Shown here piece by piece: positions 38,372 through 46,962 of a stretch of DNA of 64,000 nt. The translations under genes and the position numbers were made by a program. Origin of the DNA: a virus; the IMG/VR virus record IMGVR_UViG_3300046455_000477, positions 11,330 to 75,329 of that record; one strand, 5' to 3'. Each line of letters begins with the position of its first letter. Position 1 is the first letter of the stretch. The notes under the pieces are model-generated. The model was not told where the DNA came from, did not search any database, and saw only the letters and a program-made list of their open reading frames with translations.

Positions 38372-38550
38372 ATCAGCTCCTTCTCCTTGGCGAGCCAAAC
38401 GGGTATCACCATGACACCCTGTTCCTTGTCCCACTCGCACTGAGACTTGGGGAGCCACACGAGCCGGAGGCCGTCCGAGAACCTCCAGGCTTTCTCGGTC
38501 TCGACCGTTATCTCTCCGGCTATGTCGACGAGAACCTTTTCCTTGGCCAT
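38368..38550 (-). CDS. Small SH3-like protein
   Basis: ETEKAW...VWLPKSQ...IPVWLAKEKEL. Confidence 0.7.
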   Translation of the reverse strand: MAKEKVLVDIAGEITVETEKAWRFSDGLRLVWLPKSQCEWDKEQGVMVIPVWLAKEKELI

Positions 38551-40496
38551 CACGCGAGAACCTTTCTGTAGTCTGTCTTAGCCTTGCCCCAGGTGCTGCC
38601 AACTTCTAGGTCCACGGTCACGGGCATCACGAGCTTGACCGCGTCGATCATCAGCTCGCCTATCGTCTCCACCTCTCGGGCAGTACCCACCGACGCCCCG
38701 ATCTCGTCGTGTAGGGTGACCAGGGGGACGATACCGGCCCGATGGATAGCGACCATGGCCCGCTTCACCTGTCGCGCGGCGGAACCCTGAATAACGCTGT
38801 TGCCTGCCTGATAGGCGAAGGCGCGCTCCAGCGGCTGATCGGGCCACCGCCGCTCAGCCTCCTCCCGGTAGGCAAATCCCCCGGGAACGCGGTGCTTCTT
38901 CGGTTGCCAGAGCGGATAGTGCCGACGAGCGCCGTCTATCATCCGAACGAACCCGTTCACCTTGGCCTGATGCTCGGCGCACTTGGATATTCCGGAGATG
39001 TACGGGATACGGGCGTGATACAGATTCCACAGCTCCGCCGCCTCCTCCTCGGGTTTGTTAAGGTGAACGGCGAGCAGCTTTGCCGACATTCGGTAGGTCA
39101 GTCCCTGGTTCAGGTCCTTGGCCTCCCTTCGGGTCAGGCCGAGGACCTTTGCCCCGAGGGAGTGGAAGTCCGGGTCCGGGTCCGTTCGGTAGTAGCGGAC
39201 GACGCCCTCGATGTCCCCCATCTCTATCCCGAGGCGCTTGGCGAGGTTCCTGCACTTGTAGGCATAGTGGACGTTGAGGCGCGGCTCCTGACTCTTGAAG
39301 TCGGCGCTCAGCCAGTGCTGGCCATTCTCCGGTAGAAAGGCGTTGCGGACCAGCGGAGCGAGGACCTCGTCCCGGCTCGGCATCTGCTGGAGCGGGGGAT
39401 TGGAGTACGAGAAGCGGTGCGTCACTGCCCTGAGCTGACGTATCTCGGCGTGGACGCGGCCCATCGTCTGGTAGTCCCGGATGTAGAACCCTAGGAACTT
39501 CTCGTGAAGATCGTGGAGCTGCCTGACGCGCCGGACCTTCCTGCCGAGCGGGTGAGTGAGCCTGTCCAGCCACTGAGCCTGAAACGATGGAGCGTTCGTC
39601 TTTGCGGTGCGGGGATACGCGATACCCTCCTCGTCGAACAGCTTGGACAGCCGCTCGGCGGAGCGCAGGTCCTCGATCGTGCAGCCACCGCGCCAGGGGA
39701 CCGTGATGGTGGACATAACCTCCTCCTCCATCCGCCGAACCTGATCCATTGCCGCGTTCACGCCATCCATGGAAACCCTGATGCCGCGCCGACGCATGGC
39801 GTTCGTTACTGGGTAGAGATCCATCTCGGTGCGGTAGGCTTCGACCGTGTCCTCCTCCACAATCGTCGGCCAGAGAACCCTGCAGAGCCGTAGTGTGGAG
39901 GCCGCGTCCTGCTCGGCGTAGGGACCGACGTAGCGCGCCGGTAGACGGTGAATACCCGCCTTGACGTTCTTGTGGATTCCTGCGGACGCGGCTGCCTCGC
40001 GCAGAAGCGTCTCGTCCTTCCCGAGGATACCGGCGCGGGCGCAGCATGCGTCCAGGCTGTAGGACTGGTGGTTCTCGTCGGCGATGAAGGCCATCGTACC
40101 GCCATCCTCGGCCCGCTCCGGCCAGACGCTGCATCCGTGAGTCTGGAGCCATCCCATGTCGTACGATATGTTGAAAAAGTGGACGCGACAGTGCCGAAGA
40201 AGGTGCTCAACCCAGGCGATAACCTCCTCCATGGGGCGGTTCTCCGTTTCCGGGTGCCTCACCGGAACGTAGATGGCCTGATCACCCCAGGCCACCGACA
40301 CGCCGCAGAGGTGTCCGTTACGGTCCACCCAGCCCGGACCCCGCTCCTGGGCGAGACCCCGGTCGTAGGTCTCCGTGTCCAGGCCGATGTCTATGCCCGA
40401 CAGCATGGGAAGCGGACCCTGGGGCGGCTTCCAGCTCGACTCAGGGACGAACAGGGACCGCTGCCCCTCCGCCCACAGGGTTCGGGTGGACGTCAC
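38550..40496 (-). CDS. polA: DNA polymerase family A with 3'-5' exonuclease
   Basis: LDTET (ExoI), FNISYD, YAEQDA, RFSYSNPPLQQMP, ADFKSQEPR (A), RREAKDLNQGLTY (B), IQGSAA, LHDE (C); likely GTG start at 40496. Confidence 0.95.
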   Translation of the reverse strand: MTSTRTLWAEGQRSLFVPESSWKPPQGPLPMLSGIDIGLDTETYDRGLAQERGPGWVDRNGHLCGVSVAWGDQAIYVPVRHPETENRPMEEVIAWVEHLLRHCRVHFFNISYDMGWLQTHGCSVWPERAEDGGTMAFIADENHQSYSLDACCARAGILGKDETLLREAAASAGIHKNVKAGIHRLPARYVGPYAEQDAASTLRLCRVLWPTIVEEDTVEAYRTEMDLYPVTNAMRRRGIRVSMDGVNAAMDQVRRMEEEVMSTITVPWRGGCTIEDLRSAERLSKLFDEEGIAYPRTAKTNAPSFQAQWLDRLTHPLGRKVRRVRQLHDLHEKFLGFYIRDYQTMGRVHAEIRQLRAVTHRFSYSNPPLQQMPSRDEVLAPLVRNAFLPENGQHWLSADFKSQEPRLNVHYAYKCRNLAKRLGIEMGDIEGVVRYYRTDPDPDFHSLGAKVLGLTRREAKDLNQGLTYRMSAKLLAVHLNKPEEEAAELWNLYHARIPYISGISKCAEHQAKVNGFVRMIDGARRHYPLWQPKKHRVPGGFAYREEAERRWPDQPLERAFAYQAGNSVIQGSAARQVKRAMVAIHRAGIVPLVTLHDEIGASVGTAREVETIGELMIDAVKLVMPVTVDLEVGSTWGKAKTDYRKVLA

Positions 40497-41509
40497 TTCG
40501 TTTCTCCACCCGTCCGCGTCTTTATCCACTGGATCGCCGCCTCCCTCCAGTCCGTGTGAACGACGTCCCCGCAGAGCATCAGTGCTGTGTTCCACTTCTT
40601 CTCGCGTATCGCATCGTGCACGAGGGACACGGGAACTAGCAGGTTCCTGAAGAGGGCCGACCGTCCGGGGGGCTCCCCGCTGGGCTTCTCCAGCCAGGCG
40701 TCCAGCTCCTGCGCAAACGTGACCGGATAGCAGTCAGCAAACAGCGGTGATGCAGCCACCCGCCCGTCCGCGTAGAGATCCCCCCGGTCATCGTGCCGGT
40801 CGTAGAGGTGGAGCGTGTTCTCGTAGGCGTGGAGGTTGTGACTGAACTGATTGAAGCACCCGACAACGGTCCCGAGCCGCCAGGCCAGATACTCCTGCAG
40901 CACCGTGAAGTGAACCGCGTTCGCGCCGTAGGCTCCCCATATAGCGTCGTTGGATCGGCAGCAGACGGTGAGATCCAGAGCGGAAACGCCGCCCTTCTCC
41001 ATTATCCTCAGGTAGATCGTCGTGTTGCAGGGGATATCCGGGGGGGCGGAAACGCCGGATGCAGTGGAGTCCAGGCTCGGATCGTACATCTGTATCACTG
41101 CGCGGCGGGAGCCAGGATCGTTTCGCAGGTGATCGACGACCCACTCTATCTGGTCGAAGTCCTCGCAGCCGCGCCCGACCCAGTTTCGCCAGCGGTGACC
41201 GTAGGCTCCGTGCAGAACTCCGTTGTCCGCGAACCGTTGGCCGAAGTCGCTGACGTATCGGTCCAGGAACGCCGCGTCACGCCTTCCGGCCAGCATCCAC
41301 ATCGCCTCGAAGAGGTGGAAGAATGGGTTGGCTCGCCGCTTGCGATTGAACAGAACCCGCTCCGTGGGCCTCCGGTATATCGTTAACACCGGCTTCGGAT
41401 AGACGATGGCCCGACCGTTTCGGGTGTTCTCCCACTTCCCCGAAACGAGAAGCTCCTCCATCATTACGGAGAAAACGTCGTTGACGTTTCGTTGAGTAAA
41501 CGTACTCAT
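40493..41509 (-). CDS. Thymidylate-synthase-fold enzyme, probable dUMP hydroxymethylase
   Basis: NPFFHLFEAMWMLAGR, YGHRWR, DIPCN (catalytic Cys), RSND..WGAYGAN (Asn indicating dUMP specificity), NLHAY; neighbours are hypermodification genes. Confidence 0.8.
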   Translation of the reverse strand: MSTFTQRNVNDVFSVMMEELLVSGKWENTRNGRAIVYPKPVLTIYRRPTERVLFNRKRRANPFFHLFEAMWMLAGRRDAAFLDRYVSDFGQRFADNGVLHGAYGHRWRNWVGRGCEDFDQIEWVVDHLRNDPGSRRAVIQMYDPSLDSTASGVSAPPDIPCNTTIYLRIMEKGGVSALDLTVCCRSNDAIWGAYGANAVHFTVLQEYLAWRLGTVVGCFNQFSHNLHAYENTLHLYDRHDDRGDLYADGRVAASPLFADCYPVTFAQELDAWLEKPSGEPPGRSALFRNLLVPVSLVHDAIREKKWNTALMLCGDVVHTDWREAAIQWIKTRTGGETK

Positions 41510-41603
41510 GACTCCATTCCTCTTCAACCCGGTTACTCTACGCCTCCACGGTCTCATGACTCCATTCCTCTCCAACCCGGTTACTCTACGCCTCCACGGT
41601 CTC
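41505..41603. repeat. 48-bp tandem duplication
   Basis: 41505-41552 and 41553-41600 are identical except for one base (ttcaa/tccaa). Confidence 0.95.
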
Positions 41604-42287
41604 CTGCGCTAGGACTGATCCGTAGAGGCGGACAACCTGAGAGGCGTGACTGCTCCTGCCTATCGTCGACCATATGTGGACACACGCCCGGTGCTCGATA
41701 TCACTGCAGCGTCGGACAACGCTACAGGAGCTCATTGGTATGGTTTCCGCGAGCCTGTCCGCAATACCAACAACGTCTTGTTCGTACCAAGCAACGGTCA
41801 GTGTTTCACCGGAGGCAACCTCCACGACGTCCCCGCAGCGCGGCGGCTCCTTCTCCTCGCAGTATCGGAGGACGTCGCTCAGGAATACTCCAACGGCTAG
41901 CCGAACCAGCGGATCGTTGTACTCGTGGTTCCGGCCGCTCGGGTGCGGTATCGTTGCCCAGGTTCCCTTCCACACGAGCGGGGGGTTCCTAAATCCAAAG
42001 GCGTTGGTGGCGTCGGTTCCAACGAGTATCACGATACGGTTCCGTATCATCGTCTCAAGCCACTCCGCACGCTCGCGTGCTCCGGCCCGGTAGTCGCGGG
42101 GGAGCACCCTGTCCGTCAGAAGGTTGTTCCGCTGCGTGCGCTGCAGCCAGTTCTCCATGCTGATGCCGGAGACGGTGTTCACCATGCTCCACAGACGATA
42201 CCCGGCCGACTTCCGATCGTGAGGATGGAAGGCCATCCTAGGGTCGCTGCTCTGGGGATTATTGATGCCAAGCAGGTATGGTCTCAC
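41586..42287 (-). CDS. Uracil-DNA-glycosylase-fold protein with an extra C-terminal domain
   Basis: LLGINNP...SAGYRLW...RNNL...VILVG...TIPHPSGRN..YND (UDG motif-B-like HPS), followed by a second module CGDVVEVASGETLTVAW. Confidence 0.65.
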   Translation of the reverse strand: MRPYLLGINNPQSSDPRMAFHPHDRKSAGYRLWSMVNTVSGISMENWLQRTQRNNLLTDRVLPRDYRAGARERAEWLETMIRNRIVILVGTDATNAFGFRNPPLVWKGTWATIPHPSGRNHEYNDPLVRLAVGVFLSDVLRYCEEKEPPRCGDVVEVASGETLTVAWYEQDVVGIADRLAETIPMSSCSVVRRCSDIEHRACVHIWSTIGRSSHASQVVRLYGSVLAQETVEA

Positions 42288-42853
42288 AGTATGACTCCCT
42301 GTTCTCGCAGCCAGACGACGGCGGTCTCCCTGCAGCCCTCGGTTACGTGAACGCCCATCCGACGGAACCGAGGTGGATGAAGCCGAAGCGTCCGGTGGCG
42401 GTCGGCCGTTGTCTTAGGGTTTAGTGGTGACGTGTTGCCCTTGGCCGAGCGGCGAGCGACGACGCCGTCCAAGCACTCCTGCAGCGTTAGATTGAAGTAG
42501 AACAGACGAACATCGAAGCCCTCCCTGTGAAGGTCCGCTGTTCTGTTCTGCTCACAGCTCAGTATCAGACCCTCGAAGAACACGTCGTAGAGTCCGTGCA
42601 GCTCTCTGGCAAGCTCGAACCACTTGTCGACGCCGCTGATAGTGTCGCACCCCCCGGTCGCGCTCTCGTAGTGCCCAAGTAGAGCGATGCCACGCTGACC
42701 AATACTCAGTGGCTCCCTCGTGTAATACAGGGGCTGCTTTCGCCCTTTAGTGTGAAATGGCTCGGCTGGAGCGTAGACTCCCTCGGAGTGGAGGACACGC
42801 TTCGCGACCGTAGTCTTTCCGGAACCCGATGTGCCACGAACTGATAGTATCAC
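42284..42853 (-). CDS. P-loop nucleotide kinase of base-hypermodification clusters
   Basis: VRGTSGSGKTT, LGHY....GGCDTI and FFEG motifs. Confidence 0.8.
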   Translation of the reverse strand: MILSVRGTSGSGKTTVAKRVLHSEGVYAPAEPFHTKGRKQPLYYTREPLSIGQRGIALLGHYESATGGCDTISGVDKWFELARELHGLYDVFFEGLILSCEQNRTADLHREGFDVRLFYFNLTLQECLDGVVARRSAKGNTSPLNPKTTADRHRTLRLHPPRFRRMGVHVTEGCRETAVVWLREQGVIL

Positions 42854-42911
42854 CGGCTGTCTCCTAGTTTGAGCCGGAGCTATAGTAGCGCGTCCATTCC
42901 TCCTGGGCTAG

Positions 42912-43844
42912 TCAAACCCTGGAGGTGAACCTTCGGCGGGTTCCCTGGCCCGTTACCCGAACCCTGATGTACTTGAAGTACTCGCAGAGCGTGTGCTCGA
43001 TGTCCCGCATCTCCAGAGCCAGGTGGCTGCTGGGCCAGTGCCTCGTGAGCCTGGAGAGCTCCAGCAGCTCCCTCATCTCGGCCACGGTTTGCTCACTTTT
43101 CAGCTTTACGTTGTACTGGTACTTCATCGTCGGTTTGCGAGGGTTTCTCACCTGTCTGTCTGACAGGTAATTCAGTCCTCGCTGAGCGCCGGGACCGGGG
43201 TTCGCCCACGTCATGATGTCCGGCGCATTCTCCAGCAGAGCCGTGTGACGAAGGTCGGTCGTAATCTCGTAAGCCAGAAACCCGCCCAGGAAGGGAATCT
43301 CCGCCAGGAGGTTCGTGAAACTCTCCAGATTGTAAAGTCCATCCCTCACCCTATCCGCTGTATCCCGCCACTTGCCCGCGTTGTGGAAGTCGGCGCACAG
43401 CCGGGATACTCCGTTCAGCTTGTCCATGCCATCCGGGCTGCGTATCATGTAGGAGCCTGTCACCCACGGACCATCCGGATAAACGCGACGTATCGGGGCC
43501 GACAGGTCGTGGGCCCGACCACCCTCCAGGAAGTGCTCCCACGGCACCCGGTTCGTCATAAGATCGGGCTGCTGGAAGACGATCTGGCCGATCTCCGTTT
43601 TGTTAAACCACCGAAACACTACCGTTGCCAGAAGCACCTCCGGTGTGTCCCGAAGCCTGTTCCGGACGTTCTCCCGGAACCAGACGGTGGTCGCGTCCAG
43701 TTCCCGATAAACGTTGGTGAAGCGGTTCTCCAGAAGGATGGGATCCTCCGTCCACGGCGGCGGGAGACCGCTCCGGCGGCGCAGGTACACGTCGTGGCGC
43801 TCTCTCGCGAACGCGAAGAAGTCGTTGACCCGCTCCGGCTTCAT
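42912..43844 (-). CDS. aGPT-Pplase1 / 5-hmdU DNA kinase helical-domain family protein
   Basis: FARERH.VYLRR..G.PPPWTEDPIL...RFTNVYRELD, FRWFN, GGFLAYEITTDL, GPGAQRGL and DIEHTLCEYFKY motifs. Confidence 0.88.
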   Translation of the reverse strand: MKPERVNDFFAFARERHDVYLRRRSGLPPPWTEDPILLENRFTNVYRELDATTVWFRENVRNRLRDTPEVLLATVVFRWFNKTEIGQIVFQQPDLMTNRVPWEHFLEGGRAHDLSAPIRRVYPDGPWVTGSYMIRSPDGMDKLNGVSRLCADFHNAGKWRDTADRVRDGLYNLESFTNLLAEIPFLGGFLAYEITTDLRHTALLENAPDIMTWANPGPGAQRGLNYLSDRQVRNPRKPTMKYQYNVKLKSEQTVAEMRELLELSRLTRHWPSSHLALEMRDIEHTLCEYFKYIRVRVTGQGTRRRFTSRV

Positions 43845-43952
43845 GGAGTACCCCCAGAATAGGTGCCCCCCGGCTGTCTCGTCTGGCACGAGGACCGGGG
43901 GGCGTGCGGGCGAGCCGTGCTGCCAAGGCCAAAGCTCGCCTACGCTGCGGAG

Positions 43953-44654
43953 CTAGGCGGTTGCCGTCTCCTCTTCGTCAGCCTCAGCAGCCTCCGGACG
44001 AGGCGGCGGAGGCGGGTTCAGAACGATGAAGCCCTTGTCGTGCATAGCCTCCAGGTAGCGTGCTGCGACACCAGCCTTGACCGCTTCGGTCGCCGTCATG
44101 CCCTGCTTCAGCTTCAGGAAGCGACCGGCTCGGTTGGAGTCCGCCCGATACGGGAGGTTCTCGGCACCGTAGGGCCTGCCCTCCTTGTCCGCGCCGAAGT
44201 TTATGCTCGCCGTCGGGTCGACGTTGCCGGTTCTCGGCGTGGACGTGGTTTCGTTGGTTGTGCCTGCTTCGCTCATGCTCCTAGTCTCCTTTCTGCCGTT
44301 ATTCAATGCGGTCCTGTCTGCCTTCACGATATCCAGGATCTCACCGAGCGTGTCCGGTGGATCCGTTGCCCGCTCGCACAGTAGCCTCCATATATCCGGA
44401 GCCGACTTGTCGCGAGCCAGTCTTGCCTCCGTTACGCCGAGGTGGACCATCGCTTCCTGCAGTATCTGGTTCTGATAACCGGCGGCACGCATCAGCTTCG
44501 TCCACTCCAATCGGTTGTACAGTCTCAGCAGATCATCCGGACTCTCGATGATCGCGTCTCCGTACTGAACGACCGGGTGAAGGAACGCATCCCTTTCGCT
44601 CTGGAACTTAAGGATGGCGCCGAACCCGCCGCGTGTCACTGCTATACAGACCAT
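43953..44654 (-). CDS. Hypothetical protein with C-terminal GMT paralogous domain
   Basis: 233 aa ORF downstream of a promoter; the C-terminal part may have its own start (MSEAG). Confidence 0.6.
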   Translation of the reverse strand: MVCIAVTRGGFGAILKFQSERDAFLHPVVQYGDAIIESPDDLLRLYNRLEWTKLMRAAGYQNQILQEAMVHLGVTEARLARDKSAPDIWRLLCERATDPPDTLGEILDIVKADRTALNNGRKETRSMSEAGTTNETTSTPRTGNVDPTASINFGADKEGRPYGAENLPYRADSNRAGRFLKLKQGMTATEAVKAGVAARYLEAMHDKGFIVLNPPPPPRPEAAEADEEETATA

Positions 44655-44663
44655 AACTCGCTC

Positions 44664-44692
44664 ACTCTAGCCTCATCGTAATTAAAAGCAAA
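44664..44692 (-). promoter_or_regulatory. Promoter for the modification/polymerase operon (TTTGCT-N17-TAGAGT)
   Basis: Sigma70-like spacing in an AT-rich gap. Confidence 0.55.
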
Positions 44693-44730
44693 GAGGTTTT
44701 CCCGATATCGTGGAAATAAAAATCGGTAAT

Positions 44731-46263
44731 CTATATCTTGTAGTGGAGCGCCGTCTGGGGGGAAACCACGATGAGCTCCTCCTTTGCTCGTGTAACCCCG
44801 ACGTAGAAGACGCGGTGCTCCGCATCCGGGTTGGTCGCGGCCTCCCTGTGAGTGCGGAAAGCCCGATCCCTCACCAGAACGACGCGATCGGCCTCTCCGC
44901 CCTTGGAGCCATGGATCGTGGACAGCCGTATGCGCGGCTCCCTCGTCAGTCGCTCACCGTTGGCGCGGCACGCTCTGATGTAGGTCACGTCCTGCTCCGG
45001 AATACGGTTGAGGGAGTCGAACCACTCCCTGTCGGTCCGGAGCCCGCCGTCCCTCCGCAGATCATCCATGCTCACCATCTCATCGGGATGGAACCGGGGA
45101 AGCTTCTTGAAGCCTCGGTCCAGTCCTCGCCCGCTGACGATAAGGTCGTACGGACCACTGATGATGTCCGAAACCCGCTGCGAAACACCATTGCGAAGCC
45201 TCTCCCAGCACACGATAGCGTCCAGGGTGGACCGCTTCACCGACGGGCTCCCGTCCCGACTGTAGAGTCTCCCTGCGGCCCGCAGCTGATTGGCTACGTT
45301 GTCCAGGTAGGGACGCCGGTTCCGCGTCAGCACCATCGTCGTCCCGTCCTCCCCCCGGTCCCCGTTCTTGCTGAAGTCAATGGCAGCGAGGGACGGAGCG
45401 CGGCGGGCGATACCCTCCCCCTCGCGAGCGTTCCATACTTTTGGTCGGCGGTGGCTGACCTGCCCGATGATCCGGTTCGCAACCGATTGAACCCGGCGCG
45501 GGACGCGGTAGGACTGCCCGAGAACGACGACGCTACCAAGCATATCGATCATGGTGTCGGTATCCGCTCCAGCCCACTGATAGATGGACTGGTCGTCGTC
45601 CCCCGCTATGGTGACCGGTATGTCGTCCACAGCCATCGCCCGGATGACGTCCCACTGGATGAGGCTGAGGTCCTGAGCCTCGTCCACGAGCAGTGCCTCC
45701 AGCTTCGGGTATCGCTTCTGCTTCACGAACTGCTCCAGCAGGTCGGTAAAGTCCAGCATCCTGTGGGCATCCTTGTACTCCCTCATCCCCCGGCTGAACC
45801 GCTCCACGCGGCTCCAGTCCAAACCGTCGCTGTCCTCGTTGTAGAGCTGCCGCAGGGGGATGCGGCGGACGCGGGCCAGGTTATCCATGAAGAGCATGCG
45901 GTCCCCCGGCTCGTAACCGCTCCAGGTTCCCTCGTCCATCCGGAAGTGCCCAGTGATCCGCTCGCCTATCCAGTCCCCAAACTCAGCCATCTTACGGCCC
46001 TCGAGAATACTTCCCGCCGAGGCACCGATCTGGCGCATGCACAGCGAGTGGATGGTCCGGAAGTAGGGCAGGGCGTCCTTCTCCAGCCGAAAGTCCACCG
46101 CGACGCGGCCCGCAGCCTCCTCGGCCGCTCGGCGCGTGAAGGTGAGAAACCCGATGCGATCCGGGGGGACGCCCGCGTCCAGGTGGCCCCGGAGGGTGTC
46201 CAGCAGGGTCGTTGTCTTGCCCGTTCCGGGCGGGCCGAGGAGTATCGTCCAGGGGCGGGTCAT
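44731..46263 (-). CDS. UvrD/Rep-like SF1 helicase
   Basis: GPPGTGKT, FTRRAA, TIHS, VDEAQD, GDDDQSIY, QSYR, STIHGSKGGE and YVGVTRA motifs. Confidence 0.93.
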   Translation of the reverse strand: MTRPWTILLGPPGTGKTTTLLDTLRGHLDAGVPPDRIGFLTFTRRAAEEAAGRVAVDFRLEKDALPYFRTIHSLCMRQIGASAGSILEGRKMAEFGDWIGERITGHFRMDEGTWSGYEPGDRMLFMDNLARVRRIPLRQLYNEDSDGLDWSRVERFSRGMREYKDAHRMLDFTDLLEQFVKQKRYPKLEALLVDEAQDLSLIQWDVIRAMAVDDIPVTIAGDDDQSIYQWAGADTDTMIDMLGSVVVLGQSYRVPRRVQSVANRIIGQVSHRRPKVWNAREGEGIARRAPSLAAIDFSKNGDRGEDGTTMVLTRNRRPYLDNVANQLRAAGRLYSRDGSPSVKRSTLDAIVCWERLRNGVSQRVSDIISGPYDLIVSGRGLDRGFKKLPRFHPDEMVSMDDLRRDGGLRTDREWFDSLNRIPEQDVTYIRACRANGERLTREPRIRLSTIHGSKGGEADRVVLVRDRAFRTHREAATNPDAEHRVFYVGVTRAKEELIVVSPQTALHYKI

Positions 46264-46454
46264 CTCCACATACTCATTCTCTTTACTCTCTCGCAACCTT
46301 CCGGACAAGGGTCTTCCTCCACTCTGCTCTCCTCATCGTTCTTTGTGGATTGGACGTGCGGTTTGGACCTATCGTAGGACAAGTATGGATTATACTCGTG
46401 CGGATTTCCCCTGAAGGGGCGGCGTCTCTCCTTCAGCGTATAATTCTTAGCCAT
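46260..46454 (-). CDS. Hypothetical small protein
   Basis: Overlaps both neighbours in operon fashion. Confidence 0.4.
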   Translation of the reverse strand: MAKNYTLKERRRPFRGNPHEYNPYLSYDRSKPHVQSTKNDEESRVEEDPCPEGCERVKRMSMWR

Positions 46455-46839
46455 CAGAGATCTCCGCCGCACGAGCCGATGCCTTGGCTGCCTGATTGGC
46501 GACGTAGCGACCCTTGGGTGTCAGAGCGTGCCTGACGGGATCCTCCATTCTGCGGACGAGCCCGTGGATCCTAGCGGACTTCAGTCTGGCACTGACCTGA
46601 CGCCGATCGCTTCCCTCCGTCTTCTCGATTATCTCGCTGGTGCGCAGCCACGTCCACTGCCGAGGTGTTCGCCGTCGCTCCACTTCTATGACGTGCATGG
46701 CGTAGATCACTGCGCCGCGCTGGTTCGTGCAGCTCTCCTCCACTCCATCGTACGTGTAGTGAAACGAACCCGGCTTCCGCCGCATCACTCGTTTGTAGGG
46801 CTTGCGCTTGCGATCGGTTGGTTCCTGCGTGACATCCAT
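46447..46839 (-). CDS. Putative winged-helix DNA-binding protein
   Basis: SEIIEK...RRQVSARLK.ARIHGLVRR...ALTPKGR. Confidence 0.55.
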   Translation of the reverse strand: MDVTQEPTDRKRKPYKRVMRRKPGSFHYTYDGVEESCTNQRGAVIYAMHVIEVERRRTPRQWTWLRTSEIIEKTEGSDRRQVSARLKSARIHGLVRRMEDPVRHALTPKGRYVANQAAKASARAAEISDG

Positions 46840-46962
46840 GCTCGCTTTCCCTTTGTTACACCGGAGTAACCTAAACCCTCCGCACGGGCGGGCGAAAGCC
46901 TCTTTTTTAGCACGGGTCCTGTGAACCCAGGGCGGATGCTAGGCGGCGCGGCGGCGGCGCGG

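Noticed and set aside
44710-46377. 555-aa + strand ORF and other long antisense ORFs (e.g. 32882-34243, 31423-32292, 47538-48620, 20841-21875, 1996-3072)
   Set aside because: They are shadows of well-supported genes on the opposite strand in high-GC DNA, with no motifs or RBS.
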